Assembly: GCF_963921235.1 (NCBI RefSeq)
Contig: NC_086108.1
Coordinates: 67,892,001-67,956,000, forward strand
Direction of reading: 5' to 3'
Length of the DNA stretch: 64,000 bases
Origin: Mobula hypostoma
Taxonomy: Eukaryota
Shown here: positions 39,531-51,947 of the stretch, piece after piece
Layout: the number at the start of each line of letters is the position of its first letter
Numbering within the stretch: the first letter of the stretch is position 1
Program-made: the position numbers and the translations under genes
Notes under the pieces: model-generated
What the model saw: the letters and a program-made list of their open reading frames with translations, nothing else
Told to the model about the DNA's origin: nothing
Database searches by the model: none

Positions 39531-40135
39531 AACAAGGGCAAAGAGGTCCTTCTGCAGCTGTACAGGGCCCTGGTGAGACCACACCTGGAGTACTGTGTGC
39601 AGTTTTGGTCTCCAAATTTGAGGAAGAACATCCTTGCTATTGAGGGAGTGCAGTGTAGGTTCACAAGGTTAATTCATGGGATGGCGGGACTGTCATATGT
39701 CGAAAGATTGGAGCGACTGGGCTTGTATACTCTGGAATTTAGAAGGCTGAGAGGTGATCTTATTGAAACATAAGATTATTACAGGATTGGACACGCTGGA
39801 GGCAGGAAGCATGTTCCCGCTGATGGGTGAGTCCAGAACCAGAGGCCACAGTTTAAAAATAAGGGGTAGGCCATTTAGAACGGAGTTGAGGAAAAACTTT
39901 TTCACCCAGAGAGTGGTGGATATATGGAATGCTCTGCCCCAGAAGGCTGTGGAGGCCAAGTCTCTGGATGCTTTCAAGAAAGAGATGGATAGAGCTCTTA
40001 AAGATAGCGGAATCAAAGGTTATGGGGATAAGGCAGGAACTGGATACTGATTGTGGATGATCAGCCATGATCACAGTGAATGGCGGTGCTGGCTCAAAGG
40101 GCCGAATGGCCTACTCCTGCACTTATTGTCTATTG
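39531..40135 (+). mobile_element. Young CR1 3' portion within older CR1 5'/ORF1-like debris
   Basis: LLQLYRALVRPHLEYCVQFWSP, TRGHSLKIRG.PFRTE.RKNFFTQRVV.IWNALP. Tail TATTGTCTATTG. CpGs are retained. Confidence 0.93.
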
Positions 40136-40599
40136 AACTCCTGGTTTCAGTGCTGGGGCAGCCACTGAAGTCAATGTGAAGCACTTGTGAGGCTGAAGAC
40201 ATTGCAGATATCATGTCTGAGGTGTTTATGAGTGTGAAACAGCAAAATAGTGTGTCGTCAGGAAGTCCCCTCAGTCATTTAACTCATTCATTCAGGGTTA
40301 GGAGCACAAATTCACAAAAGGCTCAGAGGCAAAAGAGTGGAAGAGGAAGTGTGATAGAAATTCAACAGAGATACAGGATGGCATTTTGCCTCCAAGGTCA
40401 ACAATGTCACCTAATGACTATCATTTTGAAGCAAGATGGTAAAGAATCAGAAGACATGGTCCATTTTGGTACCAATGACAGAAATGAAAAGAAAGATGAA
40501 GTCCTGCAAGCAGAGAGTTTAGGGAAACAAAGAGGATAAAATGCAAGTCCCAAAGAAAGCACTCTCAGAAATGCTGCTGGTGCCATGTGCAGACCCAAG

Positions 40600-41045
40600 A
40601 ACTGTGTGATTTCTGCCTGATAGCACCTTAATCAGTCCTAAGCACTGGGCAGAATTGCAAAGGTCGGGTACAGGCTGAAATGAGGTGGCAGAGTCCAGAC
40701 CCCAGAGCATATCGAAGCGACCGAACCCAATGTTTGGATGGTGATTTAGGCGCAAGGCCAGATTGAAAAGGTCAGGGTGTCGTGGCCTGAGGCGAGGATC
40801 GGGCTGGTTCAGTTTGCTGATCCGCTCTGCACTGAACTGAGGGTCTATGGACAGAACTGTCTTTGTAGATTTTAGTTCAGAATGATAATTGATTGTTTTT
40901 ATTGTTCACCTGATTTATTTTTTTTCTCTGCACATTGGGTGTTTATGGTCTTTTTTTTAAATGGGATCTTTTTTGGGCTTCTTTGTTTTGTGGCTGCCTG
41001 TTATGAGATGAATCTTAAGGTTGTATAATGTATATACACATTGAA
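40600..41045 (+). mobile_element. Unclassified non-coding repeat with Rex1-like tail
   Basis: Ends GTGGCTGCCTG...GATGAATCTTAAGGTTGTATAATGTATATACA, resembling 43395-43445. Confidence 0.45.
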
Positions 41046-41630
41046 TACTCTCCTATACTGTCTACTTGGCCACAAAGTCATCAATTCCATCATCCAGATC
41101 ATTAGCATATAACGTGAGAAGTAGTGGACCCAACTCCAACCCCCAACGAACACAACTAGTCACCAGACGCCAAACAGAGGTTCTTCATTCCCACTGCATT
41201 CTGCCAATCAGCCAATTTCTATACATGCTACCTTTCCTGTAATACCGTGGACTTCCATCTTGTTTAGTAGACTCACGTGCAACACTTGTCAAAGGCCTTC
41301 TGAAAATCCAAAATAAACACCAAATCACTGACCCTCCATTGTTCATCCTGCTTGTTACTTCAAGGAATTCCAACAGGTTTATCAGGAAAGATCTTCCCTT
41401 ACAGAAACCATGCTGGCTTCCTTCCAGCTATTTTATCATATGCTTCCAAGAACACTATAACCTCATCCTTAATAATGGGCTCTAAAATCTTACAAACCAC
41501 TGGAGTCAGGCTAACCAGCTTATAATTTTCTGACTTTTGTCTCATTCCCTTCTTAAAGAGTGGAGTGACTCCTGCAATTTTCCAGTCATCTGGAACTATA
41601 CCCGACTATGATGATCCTTGAAAGATCACT

Positions 41631-43466
41631 GGGGTCCCAAGGTATTTCAAATCAGTGAGAGACTTCAACCAGGCTCAACTGAAGAAATCCCTGTGCAATT
41701 TCCATCAGCATACAATGTGCAGCAACACACAAGACCACGTTTATATTAAGATAAGAGATTCCATGTCCAGACTGCATTTCAGTAAATCTAATCACTTGGC
41801 TGTTCTTCTCCTACCGGCATAAAGGCAGAGGCTAAAGAACAAAGGTCCAGAGATTAGGACAACAAAGAGCTGGTCACCAGAGCCAGAGGAGAGGCAAAGG
41901 GATTGCTTCAAGTCAGAGGACTTGAAGTGAAGTCTTATACCAGTGCCTAAGAAGAACGTGGTAACCTGTCTCAATGATCATCATCCAGTAGCACTTACAT
42001 CTATAGCAATGACGTGTTTTGAGAGGTTGGTGATGAAGCACAACTTCTGCCCGAGAAGTAATTTGGACCCACTCCAATATGCTAATCTGCACAACAGGTC
42101 CACACCTGATGCCATCTCTTTGGCTCTTCACTCAACCCTGGAACACAAGGAAAGTAAATATGCATATACAAGTAACACACATCAAAGTTGCTGGTGAACG
42201 CAGCAGGCCAGGCAGCATCTATAGGAAGAGGCGCAGTTGACGTTTCAGGCCGAGACCCTTCGTCAAATATGCATATACAAGTGCCCTTCATTGACTACAG
42301 CTTGGCATTCAATACTACCATCCCTTCAAAACTAATCAATAAGCTTCAAGACTGAGGACTTAATACCTCCTCATGCAACTGGATCCTCGATTTCCTCACT
42401 TGCAGACCACAGTTGGTTCACATTGGCAACACCTCCTCCACAATCTCCATCAGCACAGGTACACAAGACTGTGTTCTTAGCCCCCTGCTCTACTCACTTT
42501 ACACTTACGACCATGTGGCTAAGCACTGCTGCAATACCATATTCAAGTTTGCTAAACCACTGTCGTAGGCAGAATCAAAATGGTGACAAATCAGCATATA
42601 GGAGGGAGATTGAAAATCTAGCTGTGGTGCCATAACAACAACCTCTTACTCAATGTCTGCAAGACCAAGGCTATTTAGCCTCAGCCAAAATTATTAACTT
42701 CAGGAGGAAACAGAGGACTAGGAGCCAGAACTGAGGGGATCAGAGGAGGAGAGGGTCAGCAACTTTACATTCCTCTGTGTTATCACTTTGGAGGACCTGT
42801 CCTGGGCCCAGCACACAAGTACAATTACAAAGAAAGCACGGCAGCACATCTATTTCCTTAGGAGTTAGCAAAGATTTGGCACGACAACTAAAACTTTGGC
42901 AAACTTGTAAGGATGAGTGGTGAAGATGCACCACTGCCTAGAATTGAACAGAAAATCCTACAGAGTGAATGTGGCTCAGTCCATTATGAGTAAAGCCCTC
43001 CCCACTATTGAGCACATCTGCACAAAGAGATGTCACAGGAAAACAGCATCCGTTATCAGGGACCTCCACCACCCAAGGTCATGCTCCCTTCTCCAGAAGA
43101 AGGTACAGGAGCCTCAGGACTTAAACCACCAGGTTCAAGAATAGCTACTGCCCCTCAACCATCAGGCTCTCAAACCAAATGGGATAACTACACTCAACTC
43201 CACTTGCCCCATCTTTGAAATGTTTCTAAAACCTATGGATTCACTTTCAAGAACTCTCTCTCATTGTTAAAATTTACTGCTTATTTATTTATTATTTCTT
43301 TTTGTATTTGTAGTTTGCTGTCTTTTGTACACTGGTTGAACACTCAAGTTGATGTGGTTTTTCTTTGATTCTATTATGGATTTATTCAGTATGCCTACAT
43401 GAAAATGAATCTCAGGGCTGTATTTGGTGACATATATGTACTTGGATAACAAGTTTACTTTGTACT
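41631..43466 (+). mobile_element. Rex1 LINE with internal deletion
   Basis: ORF 41943-42197 ([31 protein letters not shown]...NRST.DAI). Sequence jumps from the EN end to the RT start near 41925. Tail ATAACAAGTTTACTTTG. Confidence 0.88.
42174..42264 (-). mobile_element. Penelope-derived short element with 18-bp TSD
   Basis: Flanked by AAATATGCATATACAAGT at 42156-42173 and 42265-42282. 5'-truncated within the CUGACGA box. Confidence 0.88.
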
Positions 43467-45419
43467 CTACCAATGCATCCACTATCTCAAGTTACTTTTT
43501 TCAGAATCCTGAGCTGCGATCTTTCCAGTCAGGATGACTGGTCCACCTCTGAGACCATTCAGCTTCACAAGTACCTTCTCCTTAGTAATAGCAACTGCAT
43601 TCAACTCTGCCCCCTGATACCCCAGAAATCCTGGCACGTTGCTGCTGTCTTCCATAGTGAATACTGATATAAAATACTTAATCAGTTCCTCTATCATTTA
43701 GTTGCTCCCTGTTACTACTTCTCCAGTGTCATTTTCTAGAATCACAATATTCACTCTTGCCTTTATTTACTCTTCTATATCTGAGAATCTTTTCATTGCC
43801 TCTTTATATATTGACTAGCTAACCTTTATATTTCATCTTTTCTCTCCTTATTGCTTTCTCAGTTATCTTCCATTGTCTGCCCTCTTTTGTTTCTATACTC
43901 TATGACTTCCCTCGACATTCAAGGATGCCTCACCCTCCTATTAGAATGCTTCTTCTTGGAGATAAAATGATTCTATGCCTTCCAAATTACTCAGAAGCTC
44001 CTGCCATTGCTAATCTACCGTCACCTCTGCTCGGGTCCCAGAGCACCAGCAAAGATGCAGTGGGCTAGGCTGTGATGCATCCATGATCCATCAGAAAGAT
44101 TACAGATGTCTAATTGTCACTTGCGGCTACTGGCACTTATGGAATCAGTAGCAGAGAAAGCAGACATTTTAAAATATCATAAACAAAAACATTAATTTTT
44201 TCATGTCTATTTTCGGTCTTCTAATTAAACCTGCAGGCATCTTTTTTCCCCTCAAATTAAATTTGCTGAAGTATTCTTATTAGAATTTTTTATATATCCT
44301 ATGGTTCATAAAATTATTGGTTGAGGGGAGTTATGGAGATTATCAATTGAAAACAGGCCTCGGGAGAAATCTCTGCTAAAGTTCTAAATCTTGGCAGAGC
44401 TTTAGACATAGATTCACAAACCCTTTTCATGAGTCTGGGAAAGGAAGAAAGCTCTCTGTTCATCAACTGCAAAAGAAACGGAGAAACCATTTTAAGCCTT
44501 TGACCATCAGTCACAGAGGACTGAGCAGCATTCTTCTCAAGTGTGAACGGCAGTGGATGTTTGTCTTCTATTTATGATATGTTACAGCATTCAATGGATC
44601 AAAGTATGGACAAACTCAGTGCAAACTGGTATCAAGTTATCTCAACACATTCCTCAATCTTTCTCTCACCTCACTTCAGTAAACTTCCTGCTGGAGTGGA
44701 AAGGCGAGTCTACAGGGCAAATCGAGATCTGTTCCATTTATTTTGCCTCCACTCCAGAATCAAGGCTATTGGCACTTCAGTCATTCAGCTGCAGTACGCA
44801 TAGGATTTACTTGTTTGCAGGATGAGCAACAGATTAATATCAACTCATTCACAAATGCTTATATCTTACAATTAAGCACTGTAGAACAATATTCACTACG
44901 ACCAGACTACAGTGTAAAATTATGCCTTCCAATAAGTCTCTAGAAAACATGGACGTTTCTGGCTTTTTTAGAACTACCCCTCAACAAAGCTAGGCATCAA
45001 TAATAAAACTCATCACCACTTTCAATCGACAAACACTTCTGGTCATCTGAAGAAAACAATATTTAAAAGATCAAGACCTTGAGCCCAGAACAAAGTTCGT
45101 GGTCTACTGGTAAGCAGTGATATACCTGCTTTCCTGCATGCTTTGAGATATTGGCCATCTATAGCAGACACCACAGATCACAGGAGGGGAAACCACAAAG
45201 CCTTGGCAAAAGCTGCCAAGTACAGCTTTTGCCAAGGCTTTGAAATAATTAATCTCCTCTGTTGGGCAGGCTTTGTTGCTCATATGCCTGACTTCTACTC
45301 CACATTGCCTCACGATAAGGGATTAATTGTCAGTGGGATGAGGTGAAGTGTAACATGGGGGGGAAAAAAAAATAAAAAAGGCTGATGAACTCCAGACTGA
45401 ATATTTGAATGCATGCAGT

Positions 45420-45675
45420 AAATGGAAAAACATAGATGATCACTGTTTGAGAATAGTTGGGAGCATAACATCCAAGGATACACCTTGTATTGAAAGGACA
45501 GACAGGTAGACTGAGGGAATGGGGTGGCTCTGTCAGTAAAACATGAAATCAAATCCCTAGAAAGGATGACATTGGATGAGAAGATGTAGATCCTATGTAG
45601 ATATAGATGTACAAGTACCCTTCTGGGAGGTAGAGTTAAGAAAATGCAAAGGTAAAAAGACCCTAATGGGAATGA
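45420..45675 (+). mobile_element. CR1 endonuclease fragment
   Basis: GAGCATAACATCCAAGGATACACCTTGTAT and GAGTTAAGAAAATGCAAAGGTAAAAAGACCCTAATGGG resemble the CR1 at 32140-32330. Confidence 0.8.
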
Positions 45676-47145
45676 CAGTGTCTTGAAAAAGTATTTAGCC
45701 CCCACAACTACTTCCACATTTTACCATCTCATTTTCTAGATTTAAACTACTTTGTATATTGAATTAGGATTTTTGAGCTAATCTGCATCGTAAAATCAAA
45801 AGAAAAATTCTCAAGCCTGTCAACAATTTACTAATAAAGAAAACCAAAATTGTGGGTCTGAAGAAATCTTTATCCCCTTAGTAATAACTATAGTAACTTT
45901 CCACAGGTGCAATGTACAATATCTTACCATTTCACACAATTTGTTGATATACTGTAGAAAATTTGAGGATCACCTGTTTTCAATGAATTTGTAAGAATAA
46001 ATACCCCTCTCTCTGTAAGGTCCAACAGTACGGCAGATTTTCAATAGATAAACCAAAACAAAGAGAAGTCAGGGAAATGTTAATAGAAGCAGAAATCAAG
46101 ACCACCTTAAAGGACCTGAACATACCTTGGATCTCAGTGCAGTCCATCATGGAAAAAGTGGAAAAATGGAACTGTGGACACACTACCTAGGTCAGGCCAC
46201 TTCTCTAAATTTAGTCACTGGAAAAGGATGACACTTGTAAGAGAGGCTACTGTGATGCCAGCAGTCACTCTGAGTGAGCTGTAGGAGACAGTGGCTGCAG
46301 CTGGAGATGAACTTCATGGCTCAACAATCTCTAAGGCCTTATACGAAAAGGTTACTTATAGAAGAGTAGCAAAGAAGAAGCCTTGATTAAAAAATAAAAG
46401 CACATCCTTGCTCACAGGACTTTGCGAAAAGTCACTTAGAAGATTCTGTACAGATGTAGAAGAAAGTCTTCTGGTCAGATGAGACTAAAGTGGAATTTTT
46501 AGGCCTCAACATTAAGCAGTACATGCACAGTATTAAATACATGGGCATCAGCCAGGTAACACCATCCCTACTGTAAAGAACGATAGTGGTAGCATGTTAT
46601 GGGGATGCATTTCAGCAGCAGGGATGGGAAATCTGTCCAGGAATGATGGGAAGATGAATGCTGCTAAATACAGAGAGATGCTGAATAAAAACGTGTTATT
46701 TCTGCCAGGAGGATCGTCTGGGGAGAAAATTTATCTTTCAGTAGGTCAACAACTCAAAGCACGCTGCCAGAGCAAGCATGGAGTGGCTTCAAATGAAGTA
46801 AATGTTCTTGAGTGGCCCAGTCAGAATCCTGATCTTAACCCAATTAAGCATCTTTAGCAAGGCGTTAACGTTGCTGTCCACCATCGTTGCCCAACTAACC
46901 TGACACAGCCTGAGCAATTTTGCAAGGAGGAACAGACAAATCTTGCTTTATCACGTTGTACAAAGCCAATAGAGATTTATCCAAAAGATTACTGGCTGTA
47001 ATTGCTGCAAGAAGTGGCTCAACTAAGTACTAAGGAAAGGGGGATGAATACTTTTGAACTACTGACATTTCAGTTTCTGAATTTATAGTTTTTATGCTTT
47101 ATAATTTACTGTTTTTTGGGCCTTATAGTGAAAAGAGGAGCATGT
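45676..47145 (+). mobile_element. Tc1-family DNA transposon, decayed transposase, right end probably truncated
   Basis: Left end CAGTGTCTTGAAAAAGTATTTAGCCCC. Transposase motifs WSDETK (about 46472), MLWGC and EWPSQNPDLNPI.HL. Inverted repeat GGGGATGAATACTTTTGAACTACTG at 47040-47064. Confidence 0.9.
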
Positions 47146-47214
47146 TTATTTGGGAATCACATTCTCAGTCAAACTAGTAAAAACCCTGGCTGTAATACTC
47201 ATTTGTGAACAAAG

Positions 47215-47680
47215 GGAGATATGAGGCAAGCTAGCCAATAATAAAAAAGTGGATACCAAAAGTTTTTTAAGATATATAAAAAAAGTAAAAGAGAAGCAAA
47301 AGTGGATATTGTCCATTGGAGAATGACACTGGAGAAGTAGTAATGGGTGACAAAAATGGTGCACGTTCTCCAAGTGTGGTCTGATCAATGGAGACATTTC
47401 CCATAGTGAGTGAGTCTAGAGGGCACAGCCTCAGAATAGAGAGCCGTCCATTTAGAACAGAGATGAGGTAGAATTTCTTTAGTCAGAAAGTGATGAATCT
47501 GTGAAATTCATTGCCACAGATGGCTGTGGAGGCCAAGTCATTCAAAGTAGAGGTTTATAATTTCTTGATCTGTCATGGAGTCAAAGGAGAGAAGGTGGGA
47601 GAATGGGGTTGAGAGGGATAATACACCAGCCAGACTCCAGGAGGTGAATGGTTTAATTCTGCTATGTCTTATGGTTGAAT
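47215..47680 (+). mobile_element. CR1 fragments with internal deletion and a short inverted piece
   Basis: Linker region (GAGGCAAGCTAGCCAATAAT) jumps through a short antisense CR1 piece (CCAAGTGTGGTCTGATCAATG) to the CR1 3' end. Confidence 0.75.
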
Positions 47681-48119
47681 GGGTTTTACAGAGGCTGCGA
47701 TTTAAGAAAGTTTGCAAGCCCTCTTAGAAATAGAGTAACATCTCCATCAACTTGTGAGAATGTCTGGGCCAAATGGTGAAGAAGCATTAGAACCTTCAGT
47801 GTTTTCATCCAAAATACTCGGAAGTCCTGTGGAAATGGAACTACATACCAAAATACATACCTTCCGATCACATCAAGCAACTCCTGCCCCATCAGCTACC
47901 TCAGAACACAAGAAGTTGTGTGGAAATAAGTCTTCCTTAACTATGAGGAAGAAGTTTAATTATAACCGCAGAAATTTTACTCAGCACTACACTCAGAATT
48001 TCTCAAATGTTTCAATTTCCATAAAGAAAGCTGTAGATTTCATGAGTGATTATACATTCAATATCATAACAATAACATTGTGTTTGAAACTTGAATATTT
48101 CCCCTACAGTATTAGAGCC

Positions 48120-48440
48120 TGAGGGTTAGTGACCTGATAGAAGTGTATAGAATTATGAGAGGTATAAATAGGGTAGATCATCAGAGACTTTTCCACAAGG
48201 TGGAAATCTCAGCTACCAGAAGCAGAGTGAGAGAGGTTAGGCTTCTAGGGGATTGCAAAGCAATTTTTTTTTAAAACCACTGAATATTAGGTGCTTGGAA
48301 AATGTTGTCAGTGGAGGTGGTGGAAGCAGATTCAATAGCAAAATTTAGGCAGACACATGATAAGATCAAGTTAATTTGACATCCTAGTTGGCATAGACAT
48401 CATGGGCCAAAGAGTCTGTTCCTACATTGTACAGTTCTGC
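48120..48440 (+). mobile_element. Old CR1 3' fragment
   Basis: GTGACCTGATAGAAGTGTATAGAATTATGAGAGG...GACATCATGGGCCAAAG. Confidence 0.7.
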
Positions 48441-50760
48441 TGATAAAGTAATAATAGAATCAAGGACAATACTAAGGAAATCATTCTTCCAATTTAGCTC
48501 AAATGGGTTTTTATACACTGGCTCAGTTCATCCAATACCTCACCTATTCCTTCATTCTTCCACAATTAGTGTCCTCTCAAGCATTTATCCAATTCTTTTT
48601 GAAGGCCCTGATGCCAGATAAAGTGTCACTGGCAAGAATAGCACTTAAAACTTATTGCCAAAAGCATTCAAGAAGGTGGGAGTAAGTCTGCGGTCCTTCT
48701 TGTGATAGTACATTGACAATGATGTTCCACAATATGATCTATCACTAGAACTATGAAAAATGAGAAATCCAACACATTTTAAATCCTAGAAGTGGTTTGG
48801 TGAAGAGAACAACAAAAATGTCTGCAATAGAGTAGAGGCAAAGAGAGACTAATTAAATGATAACAGACTCAAATGGGAGAGAGTGGTAAAGACTTCTTAT
48901 AACTGATCTTTCTGGAGGAGGAGGAGTCAATAGAACTGTAGAATTGTGGAATAGTTACAACAGAGAAGTGGCCCAAAGGTCCATATTGTCTATGCTGACT
49001 CTCTATGGGAACAAATTATTAGTTACAACTCCATCAGCGATTTCTCTGTAGCATTACACATTTTTATTTAATATATATTAGTACAAGTCTCTTAAAGTCC
49101 ACAGAAGAACTTGCCTCCACCATATCCAGAAGTAGATGCATTTGGATTTTCATCATGTGCTGCACAAAGAAATTTTTCTTCTATGCCACAATGATACACT
49201 TTACAACTTACTTAATCCTTGACCTCTCCAAAGGGAATAGCTTCCCATTATCCACTCATCTTTTCATCAGATCTCCCCTCAGCTTTTCCTCTTAAAAATA
49301 ACCCACCCTTAAATCTTGTGCCTGTTGTTCATATCCCAGGAACCAATCCCATAACGAGAAGGCAATAGATAAGCAAGAGAAAAAGCAAAAACAAAAAGCA
49401 ATGTAGCAACAGTGGAATACAAACTCCTGTGCTCATAAGAAATACTCAAACAGATCATGCAATATCTCTGGAGAAGAAAACCTGCTGGTTTTTGAAAGGA
49501 AATGCACATATCTTTTAGGTGAAGTAACTTAACTTCATTTTAATTATGTTTTAGGTGATTATTAGAGTCTGCATCCCAACTTTCTCCCTTCTTCTTGTCC
49601 AGACTCTTGGTTCACAGGCAGTATTCTTTGTCTCAAACATTTGGGGAAATTCACATACAACTCAAAACAGAGAAAGACAAAGCAAATTAGATCTCTATTC
49701 TTTTCCTTACTATTTACTGCTGTAATCTGTAGAGCTCACTACACACAATGAAGAACTAGCCTATTTATTTCTTCAGGACTCTTTGTTTAACACTAAGTGC
49801 ATCAGTATGGTAAATAATTGAAGCACACTTCAATTCCCAAATATACTCCAGTCATATTGTTTGGTTCTAGGCATATAGATATAAATCTACTCCATAAAAT
49901 GTATAATCCAAATTAATGAAATTTCACAGTATCATAGTTTTCACCATGAAAATAAAATGTACTGGATTAAAACAAAACCAATGTAAAATAGGTACATTGA
50001 TGTTCATACCCCAGCAAAATCAAGCTTCTTGAATCTTCTAATGCTAAGTAAAGTCTGACACTCAAAGTGTTTGATCTGGAGGCAGCATTTTAACCTTGTT
50101 GTTGTACTACTAATGTGATATAATAAACACCTGCCCTTGGAAAGGCCACAAAGCAATTGCAATTTCCTTCAATTTGCCTTATGAGACGAAAGGGCAATTT
50201 CAATTAAATCAAGCCAGGAAGCTGTGGTGTCTGAGTGCTTAATTAGTTCTGAAGGGAAATTATAGCACTGAAAAGATGCTGTCACAACCTTTCATCTGCA
50301 CATTTACCTGTCACTCCTCATTATTAGCCCTATTAGGAGAGAATTTGTAGGTATTGCATTTATTTTTTTTATCCCGTATTGTTCAAAAAAGTGTTTGGTA
50401 ACTGACAGTTCCAGAATCTTTGTTGCTCTCTCGCTCTCTCTCTCCTTTGTACTCATCTACTTACATCTCCTCCACATAAATCAGCTGAGATTAACAAGCC
50501 TTCAGCATCCTCTCTCAGTTGGCTCCACTGTTATCACCCCATGTGTCATTCAGTCTCTCTTGGTCTCCAGCCTATCACAGACATCCCCTTTATTCACCCC
50601 ACTTCTCTCCTTCTCTCCTCTCAAGTCTTCAACTTGAACTTTTGGATTTTTTTCCTCATTCTGATGAAAGGGCATCGACCTGAACTGTTTATTCTGCTTT
50701 TCCTTCTAACGAAGGAGAAACATTGAGTGTTTTCAACATTCTCACTGTCTGAAAAAGAAA

Positions 50761-51442
50761 TGTAGCCCCCTGGTAAGCCTCAGGCTCGCTCAACTCGCTT
50801 TCATCTAGGGGGAGCAGCCTTCGGCCCTGACAAACTGGGTAATCAAGTTTGTGTGCCTGCTGTGTGATGTACCCCACCATGCCAAATAACAGACAATACA
50901 CCATATGCGATTAAATGATTACACTTTATAGATCTTACTGGAACTATGTAATTAATAGATTAAATATAAAAGGAAAATAAAAGGCGCCAAGTTCAACCAC
51001 TTCATGCAAAACAGTTGGAGCTCAATTAACGAGTCTTCTTTCCACCATTCGATCCCCTCGACCCCGGTGGTCAACCAGACAGGCCACATGAGTTTGTCTT
51101 TGTCTCCTCTCCTGGCCGAAGACCCTGGGCCTCGGACTCCCGCTCAGGGACGGTCCTGCCGCCCAGGGTCACAGCATCGCGTCTCCTCTCTTTGTCCCCA
51201 TCGCACCTTCTGCCCCAAAGCCCACAAACAATAGTTTACCGACACACAAGAAAGAATAACATCTATCCCAATTGGTTAACAAATGAATACAATGCTCTTA
51301 TCAGTAATATAACCCAAACAAGCAGAGAGAGAAAACTCCTTACATCGCAGTTATTATTACAGAAAAGCCATTTTAATTATAACATAACAAAGAAGTCATT
51401 TTGTTAGCCTTCGCAGTAACATAAAAGAAGAAGCCCCTTACA
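50761..51442 (-). repeat. 3' LTR
   Basis: TGTAGCCCCCTGG...CCCCTTACA, a direct repeat of 53934-54656 with several short deletions. Adjacent to the PPT. Confidence 0.95.
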
Positions 51443-51455
51443 TTCTCCCCCCACC
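51443..51455 (-). promoter_or_regulatory. Polypurine tract
   Basis: GGTGGGGGGAGAA immediately before the 3' LTR on the minus strand. Confidence 0.85.
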
Positions 51456-51947
51456 AAATAAAGTCATGTCCTCATGACTTTTAAATAACTCGCCAACCAT
51501 TCCTGCAGACAGTAAAACCCAATCCAGGTACAAACAGTCACATTGCTCCCCAAACAGTAGACCTTACGCCCTGTTCCACGGGCGCTACATAGGCCAACCT
51601 ATCTGGGAGTTTCGTAATCTTCCAAGACCTCCGTACCCCTCACCTAAACCCTTCAGGCTCGTACACTACTGGGGATACCTCGGGTCTGCTTGCCAACTCC
51701 TCTCTCAATCTCTCACTCATGCCCCCACTGCAACTCGGAGCCCCCTGTCCCGTGTCTAGGGCCCTGCTTCTTTTCCTTCCGGGTCCTGCTGTAACCCAGG
51801 CTTCCCACAGCTAGCCCTCCCCACTACACCTGACTCAGTGGGAGAAGGGCCAAAGGTCTCTTCCTCAATCAAGGGGAAGTTATCGAAAGGCAGCATGTAC
51901 CACACATCCCTCACATCATCCTTTGAATCCGTATTCTTCCTCATTTC

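Larger units (their letters stand above)
41055..44040 (-). mobile_element. CR1 LINE fragment (41055-41630 plus 43467-44040) split by Rex1
   Basis: Minus-strand CR1 RT motifs (DFQKAFDK; ELIKYF.SVFT.ED). Flanks join as ...GAAAGATCACT|ACCAATGCATCC. Confidence 0.85.

Noticed and set aside
47861..47895. Minus-strand AG|GTATGT donor with LMGQELLDVIGR
   Set aside because: Acceptor is weak, the other frames are closed, and no recognisable protein results.
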